A stretch of DNA of 64,000 nucleotides from Oscillospiraceae bacterium (lineage in GTDB: Bacteria; Bacillota; Clostridia; Oscillospirales; CAG-272): positions 23,194-87,193 of the forward strand of contig SVTP01000003.1 in NCBI GenBank assembly GCA_015063725.1, given 5' to 3'. Below, piece by piece: positions 55,925 through 64,000 of the stretch. The first letter of the stretch is position 1. Each line of letters starts with the position of its first letter. Made by a program: the position numbers and the translations under genes. The notes under the pieces are model-generated. The model had not been told where the DNA came from. It worked only from the letters and a program-made list of their open reading frames with translations, and made no database searches.

Positions 55925-56929
55925 ATGTCAAACATTATTTCAAAGGATGAATTTTCATCTCTCATTCAGGAATACGCATCGTATAAGAGAAGCATTCAGG
56001 GGTGCTCACAAAAAACGGTAGATGAATATCTGCTGGATCTGCGCACCTTTTTTCGCTATCTCGTTGCGCGCGAAAACGACATTCCTTTCCGCTCCGAGGA
56101 GTTCTTCAAGCTTGACATCAAGGGTGTTGGACTTGAAATGCTTGGCAAGATTCGCGCTGAGGATCTTTACGATTACCTTGCCTACATCACCGATGACCGC
56201 GAAAACAAGTGGTGCGCGCGTGCGCGAAAGCTATCGGCAATTCGCTCTCTTTATAAATACTTGGTAAACAAGCGGCACTATCTGGAATACAATCCCACCA
56301 CCGACATCGACTCCCCCAAGGCACAAAAAACCTTGCCAAAGGTGCTCACGCTCACCGAATCGATGCGACTTTTGGCGGCGGTCGACAATGATAAGGACTC
56401 CAAGTTCCGCAAGCGCGACTATGCCATTCTCACGCTCTTTCTCAACTGTGGGATGCGTCTTTCCGAGCTTGTAGGCATTGACATCAACGACATCGACTCA
56501 GATATGACTTCCCTGCGCGTCATGGGTAAAGGCAGCAAGGAGCGTGTCATCTACCTCAACGATGCTTGCCAGGCAGCCCTGACCGATTATCTCATTACCC
56601 GTATGAGTCAAAAGTATGCACACGTGCAAACAAAAGCTGTCTTTTTGAGCCGTTTGGATCAACGAATGAGTGTAAAAACCGTACAAGCAATGGTTTATAA
56701 ATACCTCAAGCTGGCAGGACTTGAATCCAAGCATTATTCTGTGCATAAGCTACGCCACACAGCGGCAACACTTATGTATCAATCGGGCAACGTGGACGTT
56801 CGCGTGCTCAAAGAAATTCTTGGTCACGAGCAGCTCAACACCACGCAAATTTATACACACGTCTCCAACGCGGACATCGAAAAGGCAATGGCACAAAACC
56901 CATTGGCAAACACAAAATCGAAGAAATAA
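55925..56929 (+). CDS. tyrosine recombinase, XerC/XerD family
   Basis: An SAM-like N-terminal domain and catalytic residue context (GMRLSEL, HKLRHTAAT, LGHEQLNTTQIYTHV). Confidence 0.8.
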   Translation: MSNIISKDEFSSLIQEYASYKRSIQGCSQKTVDEYLLDLRTFFRYLVARENDIPFRSEEFFKLDIKGVGLEMLGKIRAEDLYDYLAYITDDRENKWCARARKLSAIRSLYKYLVNKRHYLEYNPTTDIDSPKAQKTLPKVLTLTESMRLLAAVDNDKDSKFRKRDYAILTLFLNCGMRLSELVGIDINDIDSDMTSLRVMGKGSKERVIYLNDACQAALTDYLITRMSQKYAHVQTKAVFLSRLDQRMSVKTVQAMVYKYLKLAGLESKHYSVHKLRHTAATLMYQSGNVDVRVLKEILGHEQLNTTQIYTHVSNADIEKAMAQNPLANTKSKK

Positions 56930-56934
56930 AGAAA

Positions 56935-56962
56935 ACATCCGCCTCGAGCACGAGGCGGATGT
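56935..56962. terminator. bidirectional terminator
   Basis: ACATCCGCCTCG-agca-CGAGGCGGATGT with flanking A and T runs. Confidence 0.65.
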
Positions 56963-56966
56963 TTTG

Positions 56967-58559
56967 TTATATTTTGTTTTTCTTTTTGGACCTCACAAGG
57001 AATACATCAATTGCGTAAAGAAGCAACACAAACGCCATACACGAATACACAAACAGGTTGCCAATGCGCGTATAGAGCGTAGTATGCGTGCACATTTCTA
57101 CCTCGCTCATGGCAATCCCCTTTGTCTCGGGTGCGAGCCAAGCTTTATGCTCGCCATGCTCGGTGATGATAGAAGAAATGCCCGTGTTCCCCGCGCGAAC
57201 GAGATAGCGACCGCTCTCAATGGCGCGCAGCATTGCTTGCGTTTCGTTTTGATAGGTCTCCACCGAGGTTGAGAACCACCAGGAATCGTTGCTCGGGAGC
57301 AGCATCAGGTTAGCTCCGTCCTTGGCACTTGCGCGTGTCAATTCCTCATAGATGGAGTCAAAGCAGATCAGTCCGCCAAGCTTTCCCCATTCGGTCTCAA
57401 ACAGTGCGGTCTCCGTACCGGGGGAAAGGTCATCCTCCAGTGCCGAAAGCTCGGCAAGCGGCGGAATGAGCGTCATGATCAACTCACGCATGGGCACATA
57501 CTCACCAAACGGCACAGGATGACGCTTGTGATAAAGGGTATCCGAAATTTCGCCGTCGGGGGTAACCATATAAAGCGTGTTATAGTCTTTATCATCCTCT
57601 TCGTAAAGCGCGCCGACGATCAATGTCACACCGCACTCTTTTGCAAGGTCTTTCACAAAATTCTTCAAAAGCGAATGGCGGTTCATGTAGTATGGGAAGA
57701 TGCTTTCAGGCCAAACAACAATATCCGCGCCCGCATCTGCGGCTTCTTTTGTCATCTCGCCGTAAACACGCATCAATTCCACAATGGCGCCTCCCTTTGC
57801 ATCCATATCCACGTTGCCTTGAATTGCCGCAACCTGAACGGTGATGCGCTCTTCGTCCTTTTTGTTCATCATTTCAATGCCCAAAAGAATGTTGGAAGAA
57901 AGGATCACGACAGCCATAAACACCGCAAGGATCGCCTTGAATTTGGTGCTTCGATAGCTGAAAATGGCATATGCCAACAGTCCGTTTACAATGAGAATCA
58001 AAAAGCTGACAAAATAGGGCCCAAGCAGTGAGGTGGACTGCAAAACGGGGAGATATTCGCTCTGACCAATGCAAAGCCGTCCCCACGGAACACCCGTCCA
58101 ACCAAGCGTGCTCGACCACTCGAACACGATCCACAAAGCCGAGAGCGCAATGGGGCGCAGGATGGGGGTACGTTCAAAGATCCCTCTCCTCTCCAACAGT
58201 TTCAGGATAACAAACATCAATCCACCGGGCAGTGCCTGCAAAACAGAAAGTCCGATCCATCCTGCAACTACAACGACCACCGAGGATTGATTGTCCAGTC
58301 CTGCAAAATCAAGCGGATACAGGCTCAGGAACCAATGATAAATGACAAAGTAATAGACAAAGACTGTTAAAAATCCGCCCCAATAGGTGCGCCAAAGACC
58401 TCTTTTTTTGTCGGCACAGTAAACAAACGCCCCCAAAAAGAAGGGGATGAGTGTTATCCACTCCAAAAAGCCGACCTTGGGAAAAGTCAACGTCAAAGCA
58501 GTCAGCGCCACGCCAATGAGCATTGCGGGCAATGCTATTTTTTTATATCGCTCGCACAT
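56967..58559 (-). CDS. lnt: apolipoprotein N-acyltransferase-like protein
   Basis: 530 aa with about 7 N-terminal TM helices, a CN-hydrolase domain (VAAIQGN, VVWPES, ICFDS) and a C-terminal TM segment. Confidence 0.75.
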   Translation of the reverse strand: MCERYKKIALPAMLIGVALTALTLTFPKVGFLEWITLIPFFLGAFVYCADKKRGLWRTYWGGFLTVFVYYFVIYHWFLSLYPLDFAGLDNQSSVVVVVAGWIGLSVLQALPGGLMFVILKLLERRGIFERTPILRPIALSALWIVFEWSSTLGWTGVPWGRLCIGQSEYLPVLQSTSLLGPYFVSFLILIVNGLLAYAIFSYRSTKFKAILAVFMAVVILSSNILLGIEMMNKKDEERITVQVAAIQGNVDMDAKGGAIVELMRVYGEMTKEAADAGADIVVWPESIFPYYMNRHSLLKNFVKDLAKECGVTLIVGALYEEDDKDYNTLYMVTPDGEISDTLYHKRHPVPFGEYVPMRELIMTLIPPLAELSALEDDLSPGTETALFETEWGKLGGLICFDSIYEELTRASAKDGANLMLLPSNDSWWFSTSVETYQNETQAMLRAIESGRYLVRAGNTGISSIITEHGEHKAWLAPETKGIAMSEVEMCTHTTLYTRIGNLFVYSCMAFVLLLYAIDVFLVRSKKKNKI

Positions 58560-58569
58560 AAGCGCCTCC

Positions 58570-59529
58570 TTAACAAAAATCCTTGATAAACCAAATATCT
58601 CCCTCGTCTATGGCGAAGGTTTTTCCTTCCAAATACCGCAAAGCGCCCTCTCGCTCCGTCTTACGGAAGGTCAGACGGTATGCATAAAGTGCCTGAAATT
58701 TATATCCCTTTGCGCGGTCCTCTCGGTTGACACCATATTTTCCGTCACCGATGAGCGGATGCCCGATGTGAGAAAGATGCGCGCGGATCTGGTGCGTTCT
58801 GCCCGTAACAAGCTCCACTTCCAGCAATGCCACATCCCCCCTTGACTTGAGAACACGGTATTTGGTAATGATCTCCTTATATCCCGCACGGGGAGTATCG
58901 ATAACGTCCACAGTGTTGTCGGCACTGTTCTTTTTCAGGTATCCCGTAAGGGTTGCCGATGCCTTTTTGGGGATGCCGTGAACGGCACAGATATAGCACT
59001 TGCGAAGCTCGTCATTGCGGATCTTTTCGTTCATCTCACGCAAAGCCTCTGCGTTTTTGGCGGCGATGACAATGCCGCCCGTGTTGCGGTCAATGCGATT
59101 GCAAAGCGCGGGAGCAAAGGATTGCTCACTCTCGGGATCATACTCCCCTTTTTGCGCAAGGTAAGCCTTGACGTGCATGATGAGCGTGTTCTCGGCGGCG
59201 GCAGTATCCTCGTGCACAAGCACGCCGGGGCGCTTATTGAGGAGCATAATGTTCTCATCCTCATAAACGATGTCCAGCTTAGGAACGATGCGCCAAAGAG
59301 CGCCGCGATCACTCTCGGGAGATTCAAAAAACTCATCTCTGATAAAGAGTTGAATCTCATCTCCCTCGCAAAGCATATACTTTTGCTCGGTGCGCGCGCG
59401 GTTGACCTTTATTTTTTTTGTGCGAATGTATTTGTACATCAACGACATCGGAAGCCCTTTGACGGCTTTTGATAAAAACTTATCCAGCCGTTGCCCCGCA
59501 TCGTTGTGTCCAACAACCAAAATCTTCAT
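58570..59529 (-). CDS. RluA-family 23S rRNA pseudouridine synthase
   Basis: An S4 domain (RLDKFLS) and catalytic HRIDRNTGG-type NRIDRNTGGIV and GRTHQIRAH motifs. Confidence 0.85.
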   Translation of the reverse strand: MKILVVGHNDAGQRLDKFLSKAVKGLPMSLMYKYIRTKKIKVNRARTEQKYMLCEGDEIQLFIRDEFFESPESDRGALWRIVPKLDIVYEDENIMLLNKRPGVLVHEDTAAAENTLIMHVKAYLAQKGEYDPESEQSFAPALCNRIDRNTGGIVIAAKNAEALREMNEKIRNDELRKCYICAVHGIPKKASATLTGYLKKNSADNTVDVIDTPRAGYKEIITKYRVLKSRGDVALLEVELVTGRTHQIRAHLSHIGHPLIGDGKYGVNREDRAKGYKFQALYAYRLTFRKTEREGALRYLEGKTFAIDEGDIWFIKDFC

Positions 59530-59585
59530 TGGTGCACAATGCGGGGAGCTTATTCAGCTCCCCGACACTCCTTTTTTCAGTTTGA

Positions 59586-60215
59586 TTACAGAGTACCGAA
59601 AATACGGTCGCCGGCATCGCCCAGACCGGGAACAATATATGCATGCTCGTTGAGGCAATCATCAAGAGCAGCGGCATAGATGTCAACGTCGGGGTGCTTA
59701 GCTTGTACCGCACGAACTCCTTCGGGAGCGGCAACCAGACACATAAAGCGGATATGCTTGCAGCCGCGTGCCTTGAGCATAGAAAGTGCATCGACTGCAG
59801 AACCTCCCGTTGCCAGCATGGGATCAACAAGAATAACGATTCTTTCATCAATATCAGGCGGCAGTTTGCAATAGTATTCTACCGGCAGATGCGTTTCGGG
59901 ATCGCGGTAAAGACCGATATGCCCTACCTTTGCAACGGGAATGAGGCGTTGCAATCCGTCTACCATGCCGAGTCCTGCACGCAGGATAGGTACGATCGCC
60001 AGCTTTTTACCCGAGATCATTTTTGCTTTCATTTTGGTAATGGGAGTTTCGATGGTGACGTCCTCTGTGGGAAGATCACGTGTCAGCTCATAGCCCATCA
60101 GCATTGCGATCTCATCAAGAAGTTCACGAAAATCCTTAGAACCCGTCTTTTTGTTTCTCATAATGGAAAGCTTGTGGGTGATCAAGGGATGGTTCATAAC
60201 AAATAATTCACTCAT
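59586..60215 (-). CDS. upp: uracil phosphoribosyltransferase
   Basis: 209 aa with [33 protein letters not shown] and [12 protein letters not shown]. Confidence 0.9.
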   Translation of the reverse strand: MSELFVMNHPLITHKLSIMRNKKTGSKDFRELLDEIAMLMGYELTRDLPTEDVTIETPITKMKAKMISGKKLAIVPILRAGLGMVDGLQRLIPVAKVGHIGLYRDPETHLPVEYYCKLPPDIDERIVILVDPMLATGGSAVDALSMLKARGCKHIRFMCLVAAPEGVRAVQAKHPDVDIYAAALDDCLNEHAYIVPGLGDAGDRIFGTL

Positions 60216-60381
60216 TGTTCTGCCTCCTTTTGCGAGCGTATTGGTTTTCTACCTCATTATACAACTCTTTTTTCCCTTTTTCAAGTCTAAAATGCAAATT
60301 CAGCATAATTTTTTGTGTTTTTTTATTTACTTTTTGCAAAAACCGTGCTAAAATAAGGATAATACCAACACAAGGAGCCAT

Positions 60382-61717
60382 TATGTCACATTTGCGCAGA
60401 ACGGTAGGTATTTACACCCTTGGGTGTAAAGTCAATCAATACGAATCGGAAGCCATTGCCGAGGGACTTGCATCCCGCGGCTTTTCGGTCATTCCCTTTA
60501 CAGAAATTTGTGACGCCTACATCATCAATACCTGCACAGTAACTGCGGAGTCCGACCGAAAAGCGCGCCAGCTCATTCGTCGCGCCATCAAGAACAATCC
60601 CGCAGCGTTTGTCCTCGTTACGGGATGCATGGCTGAAGTATTTTCGGATAAGGTCTCCAAAATTGCGGGAGTCGACTACATTTGCGGAAACGGACACAAA
60701 TTGCAGGTGATTGATGCGCTTGAAAATTTGTTTGCAAAAGGATGCAAAAATGACGCTCCCGAAATCTCTCTTGCCCCCTTGGATGAATTTGAAGCGATGC
60801 AAATTGCAAAGTTTGACCGCACACGTGCTTACATCAAAATTGAGGACGGTTGTGAGAACCGTTGCACCTATTGCATCATTCCCGAAGCGCGCGGCAAGGT
60901 GCGTTCCAAGTCCCCTCTCGAAGTGCTCTCCGAGGTACGCGCGCTGACTGACGGCGGTTGCCGCGAGGTGGTACTGACAGGCATTGAGACTGCATCCTAT
61001 GGCAAAGACTTCGACAAATATCGCTTGGCTGACCTGCTTGAAGAAGTAGACGCCATCCCCGGCATCGGACGTGTACGGCTCGGCTCTCTTGATCCCTCTT
61101 TGATGAAGCCCGATTTTGTTAACCGTATTGCAAAATTAAAGTCCCTGACACCGCATTTTCATCTTTCGATGCAAAGCGGCTCAGATAAGATCCTGGCGCT
61201 GATGAAGCGCAAATACAACCGCAAAATGGCTCTTGAAGGTATGGAGCGTTTGCGCGCCGCAATGCCCGGCGTTCAGTTTACGACTGATATCATCGTCGGA
61301 TTCCCCGGAGAAACCGAGGAAGATTTTGCCCTGACCGTTGATTTTGCAAAAAAAGCAAAATTTTTGATGATCCACGTCTTTCCCTATTCCGAGCGGCGCG
61401 GAACGGTTGCCGCCACGCTCCCCGGGCGTGTTCCCGAGGAGATCCGCCACGCGCGTGTGCGTGAGTTGAGTGCCGTTCAGGCAGAGATCCAAAAAGAAAT
61501 TTTGGATTCCTATACAAACACCGCTGTAAGCGTACTCTTTGAAACCTTTGCTGATGGAATCGCCATCGGTCACACCGACACCTTTGTTGAGGTCTGTTGC
61601 CCGACACCGCACGCTCTGCAGTCGCAGCTGCACACGGTTTACATTACAGGCAACGACGGCAAAAAATGCGTTGGCACGCTTTGCCCTCAATTGAACACAC
61701 AGACAGGAGATAAATGA
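60382..61717 (+). CDS. mtaB: tRNA methylthiotransferase, MtaB/MiaB family (radical SAM)
   Basis: UPF0004 domain (YTLGCKVNQYESE...NTCTVT), radical SAM motif CENRCTYCIIP and a TRAM domain. I chose the ATG at 60382, preceded by an AAGGAG RBS. The ORF-track start at 60215 is rejected. Confidence 0.85.
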
Positions 61718-61718
61718 T

Positions 61719-63389
61719 ATGACATATCGCTCAATGATTCGAGATTTTGGAAATATGAGTATGGCGCAAGCAGAAGTTCTGTGTGCACGCTTCTCCCTGT
61801 CGATGTCGCCTGACACGCTGCTTTTTTGCGGAATTCATTACAAGGAGCGACTTGGGCGTGATCCTTTTGTGGATGAGTTGAAAATGTTAGACATGCTTAC
61901 CGCGGCGCAAAGAAAAAGCGGTGATTCTCAGGCATTGACTGAATTTTTGACAAACGATGCTTTCGTTGCCAAGACTTATGCGGATATGCTCAAAATGCGC
62001 AATAAGCTCCACCCTGAAGTATATCACCCCATCACGCTTACCGATGCAGCCAACGTTGCAAATGAATATTGCACCACAAAAAGAAAGAAAAAATCAAATT
62101 CCAATATCCATCCGCACCTTGAAAATGCACCTTATCGGTTGCATCTGTTGCAGCTGTCCGATTCCGCGCCTTGCGTGGGAGATACCTTGGTGTTGCTTTC
62201 TCCTGCAAAACAAGATTCTCAAGATGAATTTTACCACAAAGCTACTGCACTTTTGCAAAACCGTGAATTGATGCAGTTTGTAAAAACAGTTGCATCGATT
62301 GGACACGGCGGTATTTTGCCGGAACTTTTGACACAGGCAAAAGGCGTGCATATCTATCTCCCCTCACTCGCATTTGATAAAGAGCCGATTCCTACAACGG
62401 TTTTGTGCAATCGCTTTTTCAAATGCAAGATCCTGCGCCTCGCACCGCAGCACTGGAGCAAGGTTTCGACTCTTTTGAAGAACAGCGGCGTTCGCGCAAC
62501 TCCTTTTGCAACGGTCTTGGAAAAAGAAAAATTTGTTTTTGCTCGCGATAAGCAAACCGCATTTGAAATCGAGACGTCCTTTTTACATTCCCTCAGATCT
62601 TATGAGACAATTCGAGCAAAGCTCCCGAGTGAATCGTCGCGAATGACGCTTTCTCCTTCCCTTCATTACGTTTGGAACAAAGCATTTCCTTTTTTAACGT
62701 CGGACAACGCGACGCAAGTCGGCGAGGTAACGCAAAACGGTGTTGGCACCTGCGTTTCGGCAACCGCCACAACTGCAGGTTCCTATTATAAAACTGCAAT
62801 TTGGAGCATTCTTGCCCCCACCATAGCGCTCTGTGCGTGCGGGATCCCCTATTCCAAGCAAGAATTGGCCATTGCTTTGGATATCCCAAAGGATCTCTCC
62901 CACGATGCGGTCGCAGGCAAATGTATGTCGACTGTACTCGGTCTTTTCCGCGCGCAAACAGAACTGAAGCTCGCGGCAAAAGGCGGCACCCTTATTGACA
63001 GAAATAAGGATGTATCAGTTCCGTCGATCTTTGTCTGGGCGGCAGCACAAAACGCAAAAAAGCTCCCCAATACCTTCACCACCAAAGGCAGCTCAATTTA
63101 TGCAGTGACTCCAAAGTTTGACTTTGATGGACTTCCCGTTTTTTCGGATATGCGAAAAAAGCTGAACGCGATTGCTAAACTTGCTAACAAAGGGAAAATT
63201 CTCTCCTTCCGCGTTCTTTCAGGTGAAACGATTACCGACGGAATCTGCAAAATGAGCAGTGCTTACACTTGCGAAAAAGATGATAAGGCGATATTGACAG
63301 AAACAAAGCTTCCCCTGTGTATCCTTATCGAATCCAATAACCGTTTGCCTTGGCGGTGCATAGGAAAAGTAGTCTCTGAAACGCTCTGA
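61719..63389 (+). CDS. hypothetical protein, possibly a degenerate PurL/AIR-synthase-like fold
   Basis: 556 aa. Its ATG lies 1 nt after the mtaB stop. The N-terminus (LSMSPDTLLFCGIHYKERLGRDPFVDELKMLDML) resembles the PurL linker/N-domain but lacks the SEHCSYK-type motif. Confidence 0.45.
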   Translation: MTYRSMIRDFGNMSMAQAEVLCARFSLSMSPDTLLFCGIHYKERLGRDPFVDELKMLDMLTAAQRKSGDSQALTEFLTNDAFVAKTYADMLKMRNKLHPEVYHPITLTDAANVANEYCTTKRKKKSNSNIHPHLENAPYRLHLLQLSDSAPCVGDTLVLLSPAKQDSQDEFYHKATALLQNRELMQFVKTVASIGHGGILPELLTQAKGVHIYLPSLAFDKEPIPTTVLCNRFFKCKILRLAPQHWSKVSTLLKNSGVRATPFATVLEKEKFVFARDKQTAFEIETSFLHSLRSYETIRAKLPSESSRMTLSPSLHYVWNKAFPFLTSDNATQVGEVTQNGVGTCVSATATTAGSYYKTAIWSILAPTIALCACGIPYSKQELAIALDIPKDLSHDAVAGKCMSTVLGLFRAQTELKLAAKGGTLIDRNKDVSVPSIFVWAAAQNAKKLPNTFTTKGSSIYAVTPKFDFDGLPVFSDMRKKLNAIAKLANKGKILSFRVLSGETITDGICKMSSAYTCEKDDKAILTETKLPLCILIESNNRLPWRCIGKVVSETL

Positions 63390-63589
63390 GCTTTGTTGTA
63401 AAGAAAATAAACAGGCGTTTTTTCAAAAAAAATTGCAGTAGCGGTAAAAAAAATGAAAAAAATATAAAAAAATCGAAAAAAACACTTGCTTTTTTGAAAA
63501 ATGTGTGGTATAATGATTGTCGTTTGAAGTATGGAATCAGCTCTGCCCCCCATTTTTGGGCAGGAGCAAGTCTTAAGGAGGTCGCTAAA

Positions 63590-63760
63590 ATGGCAAAATG
63601 TTGTATCTGCAGTAAGGGCGTTGTGTTTGGTCAGAACGTTTCTCACTCTCATCGCAAAACCAACAGAACTTGGAAGCCCAACATTCGCAAAGTAAAGTTG
63701 GAAGGCAGCAAAGCAATTTACGTTTGTTCTCGTTGCCTGCGCACCATGAAGAAGGCTTAA
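63590..63760 (+). CDS. rpmB: 50S ribosomal protein L28 (Cys-containing, zinc-ribbon form)
   Basis: MAKCCICSKGVVFGQNVSHSHRKTNRTWKPNIRKVKL...CSRCLR, with an AAGGAGG RBS. An extended -10 promoter TGTGGTATAAT lies about 70 nt upstream. Confidence 0.9.
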   Translation: MAKCCICSKGVVFGQNVSHSHRKTNRTWKPNIRKVKLEGSKAIYVCSRCLRTMKKA

Positions 63761-63782
63761 TCTGAATGTGCAAATAAAGTAA

Positions 63783-63812
63783 GGCAGACACGGCGTGTCT
63801 GCCCTTTATTTT
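63783..63812 (+). terminator. rho-independent terminator of rpmB
   Basis: GGCAGACAC-ggc-GTGTCTGCC followed by CTTTATTTT. Confidence 0.7.
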
Positions 63813-63822
63813 AGGAGTTGAT

Positions 63823-64000
63823 ATGTTAGCACTCACAAATCACATCTTTCCTCGCGATGCGGAAGAATCCTTATCCCAATTGGGTCACCGTACCCTGCGC
63901 CCTGCCACCGCATCCCACACTCCCCGCACCCGTATCCTCACACCCCGATATGCTCCTCTTTTTTGCGCCCGATGCTATTCTTTGCACCAAAAGTTACTAT
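63823..64000 (+). CDS. start of an unidentified ORF running off the window
   Basis: An AGGAG RBS at 63813-63817 with the ATG at 63823, open to the window edge (MLALTNHIFPRDAEESLSQLGHRTLRP...). No recognisable domain. Confidence 0.3.
   Translation, partial: MLALTNHIFPRDAEESLSQLGHRTLRPATASHTPRTRILTPRYAPLFCARCYSLHQKLL

Noticed and set aside
55925-56929. Tyrosine recombinase as a marker of an integrated mobile element or prophage
   Set aside because: There are no flanking direct repeats, tRNA target, phage genes or compositional break. The neighbours are housekeeping genes, so it is more likely a chromosomal XerC/XerD-type resolvase.
59543-59563. GGGGAGC...GCTCCCC hairpin between upp and the rluD-like gene as a terminator
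   Set aside because: On the minus strand, the transcribed strand for both genes, the hairpin is not followed by a U tract. It may be a processing or stability element, or simply fortuitous.
1-64000. Search for CRISPR arrays, rRNA/tRNA genes, IS elements and toxin-antitoxin or known defence operons
   Set aside because: I saw no spaced direct repeats, no tRNA cloverleaf-sized conserved segments in the short intergenic gaps, and no transposase or defence-domain ORFs. The only GGUGGUACC-type tRNA-related sequences are the three T-box cores.

Overview
The window looks like compact chromosomal DNA from a spore-forming Clostridia-class Firmicute. That placement is an inference from sigK, a cwlD-like amidase, T-box leaders, a bifurcating [FeFe]-hydrogenase operon and about 50% GC. 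Roughly 60 genes are present and almost all lie on the minus strand. I saw no rRNA, tRNA, CRISPR array or clear mobile element.

Gene content, left to right:
- a hydC...hydB-hydA type electron-bifurcating hydrogenase operon with a six-gene sensory/signalling insertion
- esterase, wecB, a phosphofructokinase and sigK
- an MBL hydrolase, prfC and an XRE/membrane/MutS-like trio
- an ECF-like sigma/anti-sigma pair
- a roughly 15 kb block of three T-box-controlled units, described below
- housekeeping genes: yebC, argS, ybaK, recN, argR, nadK, tlyA, ispA, xseBA, nusB, radA, proCAB, htrA, ychF, xerC-like, lnt, rluD-like, upp, mtaB, rpmB

The most interesting part is 18.5-33.2 kb. Three consecutive minus-strand T-box riboswitches each have a near-consensus promoter and their own terminator. 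I read their specifier codons as Leu (CUC), Val (GUA) and Ile (AUC). Each one gates an AMP-forming acyl ligase instead of an aaRS or a classical ilv/leu gene.

The Val unit additionally carries a four-subunit 2-oxoacid:ferredoxin oxidoreductase and ilvE. That is the full enzyme logic for reductive carboxylation of branched short-chain fatty acids into branched-chain amino acids. The Ile and Val ligases are tandem paralogs with an N-terminal HTH-cupin fusion. The Leu unit starts with a catalytically dead isopropylmalate-synthase homolog.

All functional calls rest on motif recognition in the supplied translations and on hand folding. No database search was possible.
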